Of a stretch of DNA of 53,206 nt, positions 1 through 8,463 are shown piece by piece (position 1 is the stretch's first letter; every line of letters begins with the position of its first letter). The DNA lies in sequence record SRR31156797_6410; one strand, given 5' to 3'. Made by a program: the position numbers and the translations under genes. Below the pieces are notes generated by a model. The model was not told where the DNA came from and made no database searches. It saw only the letters and a list, made by a program, of their open reading frames with translations.

Positions 1-1
1 T

Positions 2-82
2 TTAGAAGAAGGTCAAGCAGTGACTTTCGACGTTGAAGAAGGCCAACGCGGCTTACAAGCAACAAACATCGTTAAAGGTTAA
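2..82 (+). CDS. cspA: cold-shock protein, 3' end (partial)
   Basis: Manual translation LEEGQAVTFDVEEGQRGLQATNIVKG* is the typical CSD C-terminus; absent from ORF track. Confidence 0.92.
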   Translation, partial: LEEGQAVTFDVEEGQRGLQATNIVKG

Positions 83-93
83 TTGACGTTAAC

Positions 94-127
94 AAGCGAG
101 AATCCATTGGGTTCTCGCTTTTTTTTT
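94..127 (+). terminator. intrinsic terminator of csp
   Basis: aagcgagaatcc-attg-ggttctcgctt stem followed by T-run. Confidence 0.85.
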
Positions 128-667
128 GTTTTATTTTATATAAGTATTGAAATGGATAGGGTTTTGATGATCTGCTACAAGAGAATAGTTGCAGATTTGA
201 GAGCCTAACATGGTAAATAGTACATCTTTGCTTTCGATAGTCAACTAACCCTAAGCGTTGTGTTTTACTTATCCATGATTTCTCATTCGATGATAAGCGT
301 ATAAAAAGAGGAAAAGAGAAAGAGGGCACTATACCGTATTCAATAAATAAATGCTTTTCACAGTAAATGAAAAAGTGATTGAACAGGTTTAGTAGCATCG
401 CTACCAATAAAATCACTGATCGCAAGTGATTCAAATGGCATGTCTCATTTGAATAGAATAAAGAAACAGGTACAGTGGAAAATGCCACGATTCAATGTAT
501 GGTCCCCCGTACTTATACAAGAGCAATCGATGTGAAAGATCGATAATTCTTATTCGTTTCATCGATATTGTCTTGAATGAATTGTAAAAGTAGAATATAT
601 TGATACAAATTAGCTGCTTTTTTATTGCGATTGGAACAAAGATGATTACATTTCGAGGGGGATTTAT

Positions 668-1021
668 ATGAAGCCAAAAGAAATACTTTGCCAATGGGTT
701 GATGCGTTTAATCAAGCAGATGTAGAATGTATTTCAGAATTATATGATGACAATGCAATAAACCATCAGGTTGCCAATGAGCCAGTTATTGGGAAAGAAG
801 CGATAAAGCAGATGTTTGAGCAAGATTTTTCTAACGCAAAAATGGTTTGTATCGTTGAGAACATTTTCGAAGATGGACAATGGGCAATTTTAGAGTGGTG
901 TGACCCATTAGGTTTGAGAGGCTGCGGTTTTTTTCAAATAGTAAATGATAAAATTTTATTTCAAAGAGGCTACTGGGATAAATTATCTTTTTTAAAACAG
1001 CACGACTTGCCTATTGAATAA
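668..1021 (+). CDS. SnoaL-like / NTF2-family protein
   Basis: 117 aa with WVDAFN..LY..A..HQ..PVIGKEAI, WAILEW and FQRGYWD patterns of SnoaL-like proteins; SD gagggg. Confidence 0.8.
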   Translation: MKPKEILCQWVDAFNQADVECISELYDDNAINHQVANEPVIGKEAIKQMFEQDFSNAKMVCIVENIFEDGQWAILEWCDPLGLRGCGFFQIVNDKILFQRGYWDKLSFLKQHDLPIE

Positions 1022-1195
1022 AAGGAATTCCCGTATAGGAATGGTTAGCAGATATGCATGACAGGAAGGTTGATCGCTTCACGTAAAATTCTTAAAGGGC
1101 AACACTGTATGAAAACAAAGCTTTTTGTTTAAGTAATGTTTAAGAATAAGTACGTTTTCTTCCATTTGCACTCTGTCTCGTGGTATAGTTATTAA

Positions 1196-1410
1196 TAAGC
1201 GACAAATATTTTTGTACCACACGTTACTTGTTTTGAAGAAATTTATTCAAACCTGGCGTAACTTCAGAGTTACAAGGATACAATAGAGGTTAGGGATTGT
1301 ATCGTTTAAATGAGAAATAAATAATAGTAGTAATAGTATGCTGCACTTTCAAAGAATAAATATTGACTCGTCAGATAGCCTTCTCGTTTACCCAAACGAG
1401 AGGGCTATCG
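1196..1410 (+). ncRNA. candidate structured small RNA
   Basis: Extended -10 TGgTATAGT (1181-1189) followed by several hairpins and no SD-led ORF. Confidence 0.35.
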
Positions 1411-1423
1411 TTCATTAGAAAAG

Positions 1424-1466
1424 AAAAAGTGTCTTTTTCCTAAAAGAAAGGAAGAAGACACTTTTT
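1424..1466. terminator. bidirectional intrinsic terminator
   Basis: aaaaagtgtctttttcct...aggaagaagacacttttt inverted repeat just after the metallophosphoesterase stop. Confidence 0.8.
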
Positions 1467-1470
1467 GGCT

Positions 1471-2814
1471 TTATTCTGCTGTGAGGGGGATCGTCAGCTT
1501 GCGATCATCGGTTTGATCGTCGAGCATTGAATCGACATATTGCTTCAAAAAGTAAGAATAGGTCGCTAACCACTGATACTCCTCGGAGTCTTTGATGGCA
1601 GCTATTTCCTCGACTGAGTAAGTATCATTGCCAGTAAAAAGGGCCGTGTTCAGCTTCGTGACAAACGTGCAAAGTTGTGTGATCTGGGCTTCTGACAGTT
1701 CAGACACGGCGGACAATTGGTCGCGGACCAGTTGGTCGGTGTCATTTTCAAAAATACTTTTCTGGTAGTTTTGATAGTCCAGTAACTGTTCATCAGTTTG
1801 CTTCGTTTCAGCCGCCCAAGCATCTAGATCAATTTGACGAGCTTCATAGTCGATTTCCTTGTCAGAAAGAGAAAGGACGCCGTAGCCTAATTCTGCTGTT
1901 GAATAAGACCCAGTGACTGCTTCATAAAGCGAATCATTCCCTTCGTTAATGTCTTGAATGTGGATATGACCAGAGAAAACGGCTGGCACGTTGAAACGGT
2001 CCAACAAAGCGACAGTCTCAGAGGCATTATCGAGAACATAACCGTCTTGTAACAATTTATTATGACCAAACAAGTTATGGTGTAAAAAGATCAGTGGTAC
2101 TTGCTCTGCTTCTTTTGTCAGGGTTAATTGCTCCTCCAACCAGGTTAGAGTAGCTGGTTTCAACTCACCATTCGTTGTAGGATCATCCCAATTAACCTCA
2201 GAATCGTAGATACATGAATCTAGTAAAAAGAGGCGATACTTGTCATTTAACTGAATGCTGTAGCTAAGGGAAGACTTGTCGATACTGTTGGCTTTTTCGT
2301 AACCTTCAGCAAAAATCGTTTGAAAATCCTCAGGACTGATTTGATCGGCATAGTATTCCTTTTCACCTTGAAATGCTCGCGCCCAACCATTGTAAATCTC
2401 GTGGTTGCCAGGTAATGCTAAAACCATAATGCCAGCTTCTTGCAATGGTTCAAGCAATCTTGCCAACTCTTGAGCACTTGCTTTCTCGCCATTGAGCGTC
2501 ATATCACCGGTCAAAATAATTCCCGTGGGTTTCTCTTTTAAGGCTTGAGCGGTGAAGGCCTCGATTGATTGTTCTTGATACATCATCTCTTTGCCAGCAG
2601 CTCCTTGCGTGAAGGTCTGAAAGGCTTCGCCATTATCATGAAGCGTGGAGGAAAGAAAATGAATATCACTTAAGAGCCAAAACTCACTGTTGCTTGCCTG
2701 TTGCAAAGGTGTATCGGCTTCATGCATCTTACGAAATTGAAAGAATAACAGGAAACAGGTGACAAAAAGTGTAAGAAGTGCCAATGGCCAAAACCATTTT
2801 TTGTGTGTACGAAT
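1471..2814 (-). CDS. calcineurin-like metallophosphoesterase with N-terminal membrane anchor; probable ATT start
   Basis: Motifs SDIH, TGD, PGNHE, HH, SGHIH; hydrophobic N-terminus; SD GGAGG 8 nt before in-frame ATT at 2814 (ORF-track GTG 2871 lies in the -35 box). Confidence 0.85.
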   Translation of the reverse strand: MRTHKKWFWPLALLTLFVTCFLLFFQFRKMHEADTPLQQASNSEFWLLSDIHFLSSTLHDNGEAFQTFTQGAAGKEMMYQEQSIEAFTAQALKEKPTGIILTGDMTLNGEKASAQELARLLEPLQEAGIMVLALPGNHEIYNGWARAFQGEKEYYADQISPEDFQTIFAEGYEKANSIDKSSLSYSIQLNDKYRLFLLDSCIYDSEVNWDDPTTNGELKPATLTWLEEQLTLTKEAEQVPLIFLHHNLFGHNKLLQDGYVLDNASETVALLDRFNVPAVFSGHIHIQDINEGNDSLYEAVTGSYSTAELGYGVLSLSDKEIDYEARQIDLDAWAAETKQTDEQLLDYQNYQKSIFENDTDQLVRDQLSAVSELSEAQITQLCTFVTKLNTALFTGNDTYSVEEIAAIKDSEEYQWLATYSYFLKQYVDSMLDDQTDDRKLTIPLTAE

Positions 2815-2842
2815 CGCGATTCCCTCCTCGCTTGTTTTATTT

Positions 2843-2871
2843 ATTATAGGAAGGAAAAGGAATCTTGTCAC
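2843..2871 (-). promoter_or_regulatory. sigma-A promoter of metallophosphoesterase
   Basis: GTGACA-17 nt-TATAAT on the minus strand. Confidence 0.75.
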
Positions 2872-3106
2872 ATAAAGGGTCTTTTTTTGAAAGATTTCTT
2901 GTTTTCATAGTTTTTCTTGTTAAGATAATTCCGAAAAAACTATAAGTGCTCTTATTTAGGTGCTTTTATGTGATAAAAATAACTAAAATAGAAAGAACAT
3001 CATTTTTTGAAAATGAAAAGAAAACGCGGTGTTTTATTCAGAAACATTGATTTAACGGTCTTTAATTGTTCTGTTATTTATCGCTGAGATAAAGGAAGTG
3101 TTAGAT

Positions 3107-3123
3107 TGAAACATTTTTGTAAC
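3107..3123 (+). promoter_or_regulatory. WalR/VicR-like direct-repeat box
   Basis: TGAAAC-atttt-TGTAAC, 32 nt before extended -10 hexamer TAGAAT (3156-3161); resembles the TGTWAH-N5-TGTWAH consensus. Confidence 0.65.
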
Positions 3124-3263
3124 ATTTCCTTTATCTGTGTGTCATATCATTATGGTAGAATTCATTTGTCGTTAAATCGAACATTAAACTTTCTTAGACA
3201 AAATTAAGTTTTTATAAAGGCAGTTCATCTGTCAAATCAACCAGCTAGTCGGAGGAAAAACGA

Positions 3264-4646
3264 GTGAAGAATAGTTTGTTATCAGCATTAATGGTGTGTT
3301 CACTAACATTAACCGCAGTTGCAGCACCTGCATTAGCATTTGCAGATTCCATTGATGATCAAATCGAGCAGCAAGACCAAAAAATCAATTCTCTTAAAGG
3401 TCAGCAAGCTGACGCCCAATCACAGATCGATTCTCTAGAAGCAGAAATTGAAACAGTGAGTGCAAAAGTTGCTTCATTAGAAGCAAAACAAGTTGAGTTA
3501 GGTCAAGAAGCTGAGAAATTGCAAGACAAAATCGCAACATTGAAATTGCGTATTGCCAAACGTGAAGAAGCAATTCAAAAGCAAGCCCGTGATGTACAAG
3601 TTAACGGTCAAAGCACCAATTTCATTGATGCTGTTTTAGAAGCAGATTCTTTAACGGATGTTATCGGTCGCGTACAAGCGATGACAACGATCGTCAATGC
3701 AAACAATGATTTAGTTGAACAACAAAAACAAGACAAACAAGATGTTGAAGACAAAGTCAAAGAAAACGAAAGCAAGATCCAAGAAGTTGCTGCAAACCAA
3801 GCAGAACTTAGCCAACAAAAAGATGCCATTGCAGCAAAACAAGCTGATTTAAATGTCTTGAAAGCAAACTTAGCAGCAGAACAAGCAACTGCTGAAAAAG
3901 ACAAAGATGCATTGAACAAGAAAAAACAAGAAGCGGAAGCTGAAAAAGCCCGTATCTTGAAAGAACAACAAGAAGCTGCTGCTGCTCAAAAAGCAGAAGA
4001 AGAAAGACAAGCTGCTGCTTTGAAAGAAGCACAAGAAGAAGCTGCTGCCCAATCAACAGAGAGCACGACAGAAAATACAGTTGCTTCTACTGAAACAGCA
4101 ACAAGTAGTTCTTCAAGCAACACAAGCTCAAGTTCAAGCAATACTAGCAGTTCTAACAGCTCAAGTTCATCGAACACAAGCTCTTCGAACAATGGTTCAA
4201 GCAATTCAAGTTCAAGTAACTCAGGTTCAAACTCTTCATCAAACAATGATTCTACCGGAAGTACTTCTACAGGCGGCGGAAAAGATCATTCAAGCTCAGG
4301 GAACATGTATGCTTGGGGTCAATGTACTTGGTACGTGAAAAACCGCGCTCCTTGGGTAGGTACTTACTGGGGTAACGGGGCCCAATGGGGTGCGTCAGCT
4401 GCAGCTGATGGGTACACTGTCAATGGTACACCAGCAGCCGGTGCTGTTGTAGTCTTTGCCGCTGGTCAATCAGTTGGTGGCGTTTGGACTGCTGATCCAA
4501 CTTATGGTCACGTAGCCTATGTTGAATCATACAACCCATCAAACAATACGATCACAATCTCTCAAGGCGGAATGGGCTTTGACAGTCCTGGTGGACCAAA
4601 CACTGCAACATTGAGCGCATCTGGATATACTTACATCCATCGCTAA
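3264..4646 (+). CDS. secreted SagA/PcsB-like peptidoglycan hydrolase (coiled coil, Ser/Asn linker, CHAP domain)
   Basis: Signal peptide; PcsB-type coiled coil (QARDVQVNG); low-complexity linker; CHAP motifs YAWGQCTWY and YGHVAYVE. Confidence 0.9.
   Translation: MKNSLLSALMVCSLTLTAVAAPALAFADSIDDQIEQQDQKINSLKGQQADAQSQIDSLEAEIETVSAKVASLEAKQVELGQEAEKLQDKIATLKLRIAKREEAIQKQARDVQVNGQSTNFIDAVLEADSLTDVIGRVQAMTTIVNANNDLVEQQKQDKQDVEDKVKENESKIQEVAANQAELSQQKDAIAAKQADLNVLKANLAAEQATAEKDKDALNKKKQEAEAEKARILKEQQEAAAAQKAEEERQAAALKEAQEEAAAQSTESTTENTVASTETATSSSSSNTSSSSSNTSSSNSSSSSNTSSSNNGSSNSSSSNSGSNSSSNNDSTGSTSTGGGKDHSSSGNMYAWGQCTWYVKNRAPWVGTYWGNGAQWGASAAADGYTVNGTPAAGAVVVFAAGQSVGGVWTADPTYGHVAYVESYNPSNNTITISQGGMGFDSPGGPNTATLSASGYTYIHR
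4100..4265 (+). repeat. low-complexity Ser/Asn linker, degenerate tandem repeats
   Basis: Repeated SSSSN(T)SSS units encoded by agttcaagc/tcaagttca-like motifs. Confidence 0.7.
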
Positions 4647-4659
4647 TCAAATCAAAAGC

Positions 4660-4692
4660 AAAGCATCAACGCAATCGCGTTGATGCTTTTTT
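4660..4692 (+). terminator. intrinsic terminator
   Basis: aaagcatcaacgc-aatc-gcgttgatgcttt plus T-run. Confidence 0.9.
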
Positions 4693-4809
4693 ATTTGATC
4701 GATCGCTTTCTAAATCGGTCAGACAAGAGAATTACCCAGAGAGACAAGACAGGGTTCTCTCAAATCTTATCAAGATTCTATAGAAAATAGGAGGTTTCTC
4801 GTTCTACTA

Positions 4810-6948
4810 TCAAATAGTGAGAAACGGTGAAAAGGTCGTTTTTGAAGTTACCATCAGTTCTTCCATTGCACGAGAAATCGCCGTATAGAGAATCCGCTGA
4901 TCTTGATCGGTATGATAATTTTCTGCTGAAACATCATATAAAAGAACCTGCTTAAATTCCAATCCTTTGGCAAGATGAATCGGTAAAACCGTTCCATGAA
5001 ATGACACGGCCTGTTTATCGAAGAATTGTTTAAGCTCTTCACTGGATCGACTATCTTTTGTAATGATCGTTACTGGCTGCTTAAGTTCCTTTACTATGTC
5101 TACCAAGGCAACGTCAGTCAGATTGGCATAAAACTGTGGCAACTTTCCTGCTGGTCGAACGGCAGAGATTTTTAAATTGGTTTCTTTTGGTAGCATTTGA
5201 GCAAATAACCGTGTGATTACACCGCTAGACCGATAACTCGTAGTCAGCTGATACGTTTCGAGGGATTTCGCCTGTTGTTGAAATATCGTTTGGATTTCTG
5301 ATACGGTGATGGCACTTGTAAAAATCGCCTGTTGCTGATCCCCCACGAGGGTGAAAGCGGTCATAGGAAAAAGACATAATAGAAACTGCAGTTGTGCTGG
5401 CGTATAATCTTGGACTTCGTCGATAAAGAGATAGCGCAAAGCAGGGACAGGTTGTTTTTCGGCCACCAAATGACGTATCAGCAATAGACAAACAGTATAA
5501 TCCAAACTATCTGTTGTTTGCGTCAAAGTGATCTGTCCATGAGTAAAATAGTCGGCACTGTCTGCTAACAATTGTTTCGTATCAAACCACGTAAGGTCGT
5601 TGATTTGTTTCGTAACTTTTGCATATTTTTTCTTTAGGAGGCGAAGGGCTGCTTTCTGAATCGTTTTTTCTGAATCATCTTTTAAAACTGTCCCTAAAAG
5701 GGATCGTTGTTCATCTTCAGTCAAAGAACGAACTTGGTCGTGAACATTCGCTGCTAAGGCATTTTTTTGCAATCGTTCCTCCCAAGCGTAAGCCAATTTC
5801 TTTTTGACAGCTTGGATGCGATCGCGCAAGGGTGCCTGTTTCGGTGTTTCTTGGAAGAAAGTGTCGATCGTTTCTTCAGAAAAAAGGACGACGTTTTTTC
5901 TTTTGATTGGTTTAAACTGAAGCACAAGTTCTTCTGGCAGCTGTTTGCTCAAGGATTGAAGAAAGCGGCTGAAGTCAGCACTGCGTAAAAGTTCGATTGC
6001 TTCACTGGGTGCTTGCTGGATGCGGTCAAAATAAGCCTCTTCCGGTTCTAAGTCAACGCTAGGAAATACTTGGCAAAACTGCCGCATGGTCAACGTCAAT
6101 GGATTTTTTTCACCGAGGGAAGGCAGCACTTGCGAAATATAATCAATAAACCGCGAATTCGGGGAGAGGATCAAGACATTCTCTGCGGTCATCTCTTCAC
6201 GAAAATGGTACAGCAAAAAGGCGATCCGCTGCATGACAGCAGAAGTTTTTCCGCTTCCAGCAACACCGTTGACCAGTAGGTTTTTATGCGCTAAGTCACG
6301 GATGATGACGTTTTGTTCGTGTTGGATCGAAGCAGTGATATCCTGCATTTTTTGGCTATTATTGGCTTCAAGGGCTGCCAGTAACACGTCATCTTGAATC
6401 GCCACTGAGGTATCAAAGGCTTGCTTCAATTGATCTTTTTCGATAATAAATTGACGGCGTTGTTCAAGAACGGCAGAAATCGTCTGATTGTTCACTTGAT
6501 AAGAGACCGGACCCAAGCGTTTGGCATAGAACAATTCGGCAATTGGGGAGCGCCAATCATAGATCAGCCCTTCCTTATTTTCATTAACAAAACCATTGAT
6601 CCCAATGTAAAAATCTTCTATCGTTTCCTCATCTTCAAATTGTAGGGAGATTTTACCAAAGTAGGGACTATCCAGAAGACGGTCGATGGCAGCTAATTCA
6701 CGTTCAGCAGATTGAAGAGCGGCGTTCATTTGGTCGATCTCACGATTCTTACTTTCGATGGCAGCAAAAGTATCTAAACGGTCAGCAAAATTATCAAAGT
6801 TTAAGCGAATCTCTTCGCCGATGCTTTGCATCGCAAGGCGATCTTTTTTTCTGCCTTCAGTCAAGAAACTGTTCAGCACTGTCTTTCGTGTCAGCAATTG
6901 CTGGTACGTGTCTGCGAGATGCTTCTTTTCAGCCTTTAGGTTGTTCAT
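4810..6948 (-). CDS. helD: HelD-like RNA polymerase recycling SF1 ATPase
   Basis: SPYFGKI, FYIG, DWRSPIAELFY, ITASIQHEQNVIIR, Walker A GVAGSGKT, DEVQD, AKGLEF, LYTAISRA. Confidence 0.88.
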   Translation of the reverse strand: MNNLKAEKKHLADTYQQLLTRKTVLNSFLTEGRKKDRLAMQSIGEEIRLNFDNFADRLDTFAAIESKNREIDQMNAALQSAERELAAIDRLLDSPYFGKISLQFEDEETIEDFYIGINGFVNENKEGLIYDWRSPIAELFYAKRLGPVSYQVNNQTISAVLEQRRQFIIEKDQLKQAFDTSVAIQDDVLLAALEANNSQKMQDITASIQHEQNVIIRDLAHKNLLVNGVAGSGKTSAVMQRIAFLLYHFREEMTAENVLILSPNSRFIDYISQVLPSLGEKNPLTLTMRQFCQVFPSVDLEPEEAYFDRIQQAPSEAIELLRSADFSRFLQSLSKQLPEELVLQFKPIKRKNVVLFSEETIDTFFQETPKQAPLRDRIQAVKKKLAYAWEERLQKNALAANVHDQVRSLTEDEQRSLLGTVLKDDSEKTIQKAALRLLKKKYAKVTKQINDLTWFDTKQLLADSADYFTHGQITLTQTTDSLDYTVCLLLIRHLVAEKQPVPALRYLFIDEVQDYTPAQLQFLLCLFPMTAFTLVGDQQQAIFTSAITVSEIQTIFQQQAKSLETYQLTTSYRSSGVITRLFAQMLPKETNLKISAVRPAGKLPQFYANLTDVALVDIVKELKQPVTIITKDSRSSEELKQFFDKQAVSFHGTVLPIHLAKGLEFKQVLLYDVSAENYHTDQDQRILYTAISRAMEELMVTSKTTFSPFLTI

Positions 6949-6980
6949 TCAGACTCACATCCATTCTCCAAAGTAACTCA

Positions 6981-7040
6981 ATTATACGGGCATCCACCAA
7001 AAATACTAGTCTATTTTTTTGACTCTGGATGCGGTATAAT
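6981..7040. promoter_or_regulatory. palindromic back-to-back -10 elements upstream of helD
   Basis: attatac-gg-gcatcca...tggatgc-g-gtataat imperfect inverted repeat with TATAAT on each strand. Confidence 0.55.
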
Positions 7041-7211
7041 AATAGTGGGAAGAGGCAGCTGATTGTTCCAATGTCATGGGAGCAAGCAGAATGCGTCTAT
7101 TTTTTTGTTTTAAAAATGAGAAAAAGGGTCATTGCTTGTGTTTTTGAAGGGGCTGTTTATACTGAATATAGAGAAAAATACAAAGCGAAAAATCGTTGAG
7201 GGAGTGTCAAC

Positions 7212-8249
7212 ATGTCCAAACTATTGTCACCAGTGAAGCTAGCGAATTTAACATTGGCCAACCGCGTCGTTATGTCGCCGATGTGTATGTATGAAGTAAA
7301 AAAAGAAGACGGTGTTGCGGAGCCCTTTCATTTTGTTCACTATGGGGCACGAGCATTAAGCAAAGCCGGATTGATCATTATCGAAGCAACTGCCGTTGAA
7401 CCAGACGGACGAATCACAAACAATGATCTAGGGTTATGGAATGAAGAACAGCAAACAGAACTGACGAAATTGGTGGAACTGCTGCATGGTTTCAATGCGC
7501 AAGTAGGCATCCAACTAAGCCATGCAGGACGAAAAGCAGTTGATGCCACCAATCCTTTGGCACCAAGTGCCGTTGCCTTTAACGAACGCTACCCGTTACC
7601 GTCAGAAATGACCCTGGCGGAGATCAAACGGGTGCAAGACAGTTTTGTTCAGGCTGCCCAACGAGCAGCTAATGCGGGTGTCGCGATGATCGAACTTCAT
7701 GGGGCTCATGGCTACTTGATGGACCAATTTCTTTCGCCATTCGTCAATCAACGCACCGACCAGTATGGTGGTTCCTTAGAGAATCGGTATCGCTTTGTAA
7801 AAGAAACGGTACAAGCAGTTCGGGCGGTCTTTTCTGGGGCATTGTGGATGCGCTTGTCACTGACAGACTATGAAGAACCAGGACGCCAAAATTCGTTGGA
7901 AGATTGGCAGCAAGTAGCCCAATGGCTTCAAGCAGATGGCATTGATTGTCTTGATTGCTCAACCGGTGGTGTGGTGGATAAAAAGCCTAATATTCCGATC
8001 TATGATGGCTACCAAGTGCCCTTTGCTGCAGCCATCAAGCAAGTGGTCGATATTCCCGTAGCAGCAGTCGGTTTATTGGATAATCCTGATCTTTGCGAAT
8101 ATCTTTTGCAAACCAATCAAGTGGATTTGGTTTTACAAGGCCGCGCGTTGATCAGAAATGTCAACTGGTTGGCAGATGCAGCGGCTAAACTTCACGATAA
8201 GTCCTTTCAAGCGTACAATGATTCCTATCAACGTGGGGTGAAACGTTGA
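7212..8249 (+). CDS. namA: NADPH dehydrogenase, old yellow enzyme (NamA/YqjM family)
   Basis: NRVVMSPMCMY, QLSHAGRK, ELHGAHGYL, NQRTDQYGGSLENR, YQRG C-terminus. Confidence 0.9.
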   Translation: MSKLLSPVKLANLTLANRVVMSPMCMYEVKKEDGVAEPFHFVHYGARALSKAGLIIIEATAVEPDGRITNNDLGLWNEEQQTELTKLVELLHGFNAQVGIQLSHAGRKAVDATNPLAPSAVAFNERYPLPSEMTLAEIKRVQDSFVQAAQRAANAGVAMIELHGAHGYLMDQFLSPFVNQRTDQYGGSLENRYRFVKETVQAVRAVFSGALWMRLSLTDYEEPGRQNSLEDWQQVAQWLQADGIDCLDCSTGGVVDKKPNIPIYDGYQVPFAAAIKQVVDIPVAAVGLLDNPDLCEYLLQTNQVDLVLQGRALIRNVNWLADAAAKLHDKSFQAYNDSYQRGVKR

Positions 8250-8265
8250 TATATTTGATAAAAAC

Positions 8266-8302
8266 ATCTCCTAGAAGAAAATTCTTCTTAGGAGATTTTT
8301 TT
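8266..8302 (+). terminator. intrinsic terminator
   Basis: atctcctagaagaa-aa-ttcttcttaggagat plus T-run; a second hairpin (accagaaacaagt...acttgtttctggc plus Ts) follows at about 8350-8388. Confidence 0.8.
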
Positions 8303-8463
8303 ATTCTGCTAGAATATTTTCAAACGAGTGATGAAAGAGCAATAAGCAAAACCAGAAACAAGTGTCTTACTTGTTTCTGGCTTTTTTTACATAGAAAAAG
8401 CATTATCCTGAGGAATCTTTCTGCTTCATGCTACACTTAAAAAAGAAACGGAGGGAAATCAAG

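Noticed and set aside
72..715. Minus-strand ORFs 72-488 and 431-715
   Set aside because: No SD or recognisable domain; they overlap the csp terminator and the SnoaL gene; likely chance ORFs in AT-rich DNA.
4100..4265. Repetitive DNA as possible CRISPR or VNTR array
   Set aside because: Degenerate in-frame codon repeats without constant repeat-spacer structure; no cas genes in the window.
3608..4338. Cluster of overlapping Leu/Phe/Ser-rich ORFs
   Set aside because: Shadow frames of the low-complexity coiled-coil and Ser linker of the CHAP hydrolase.
8246..8440. 64-aa ORF after namA
   Set aside because: Runs through two terminator hairpins and the next promoter.
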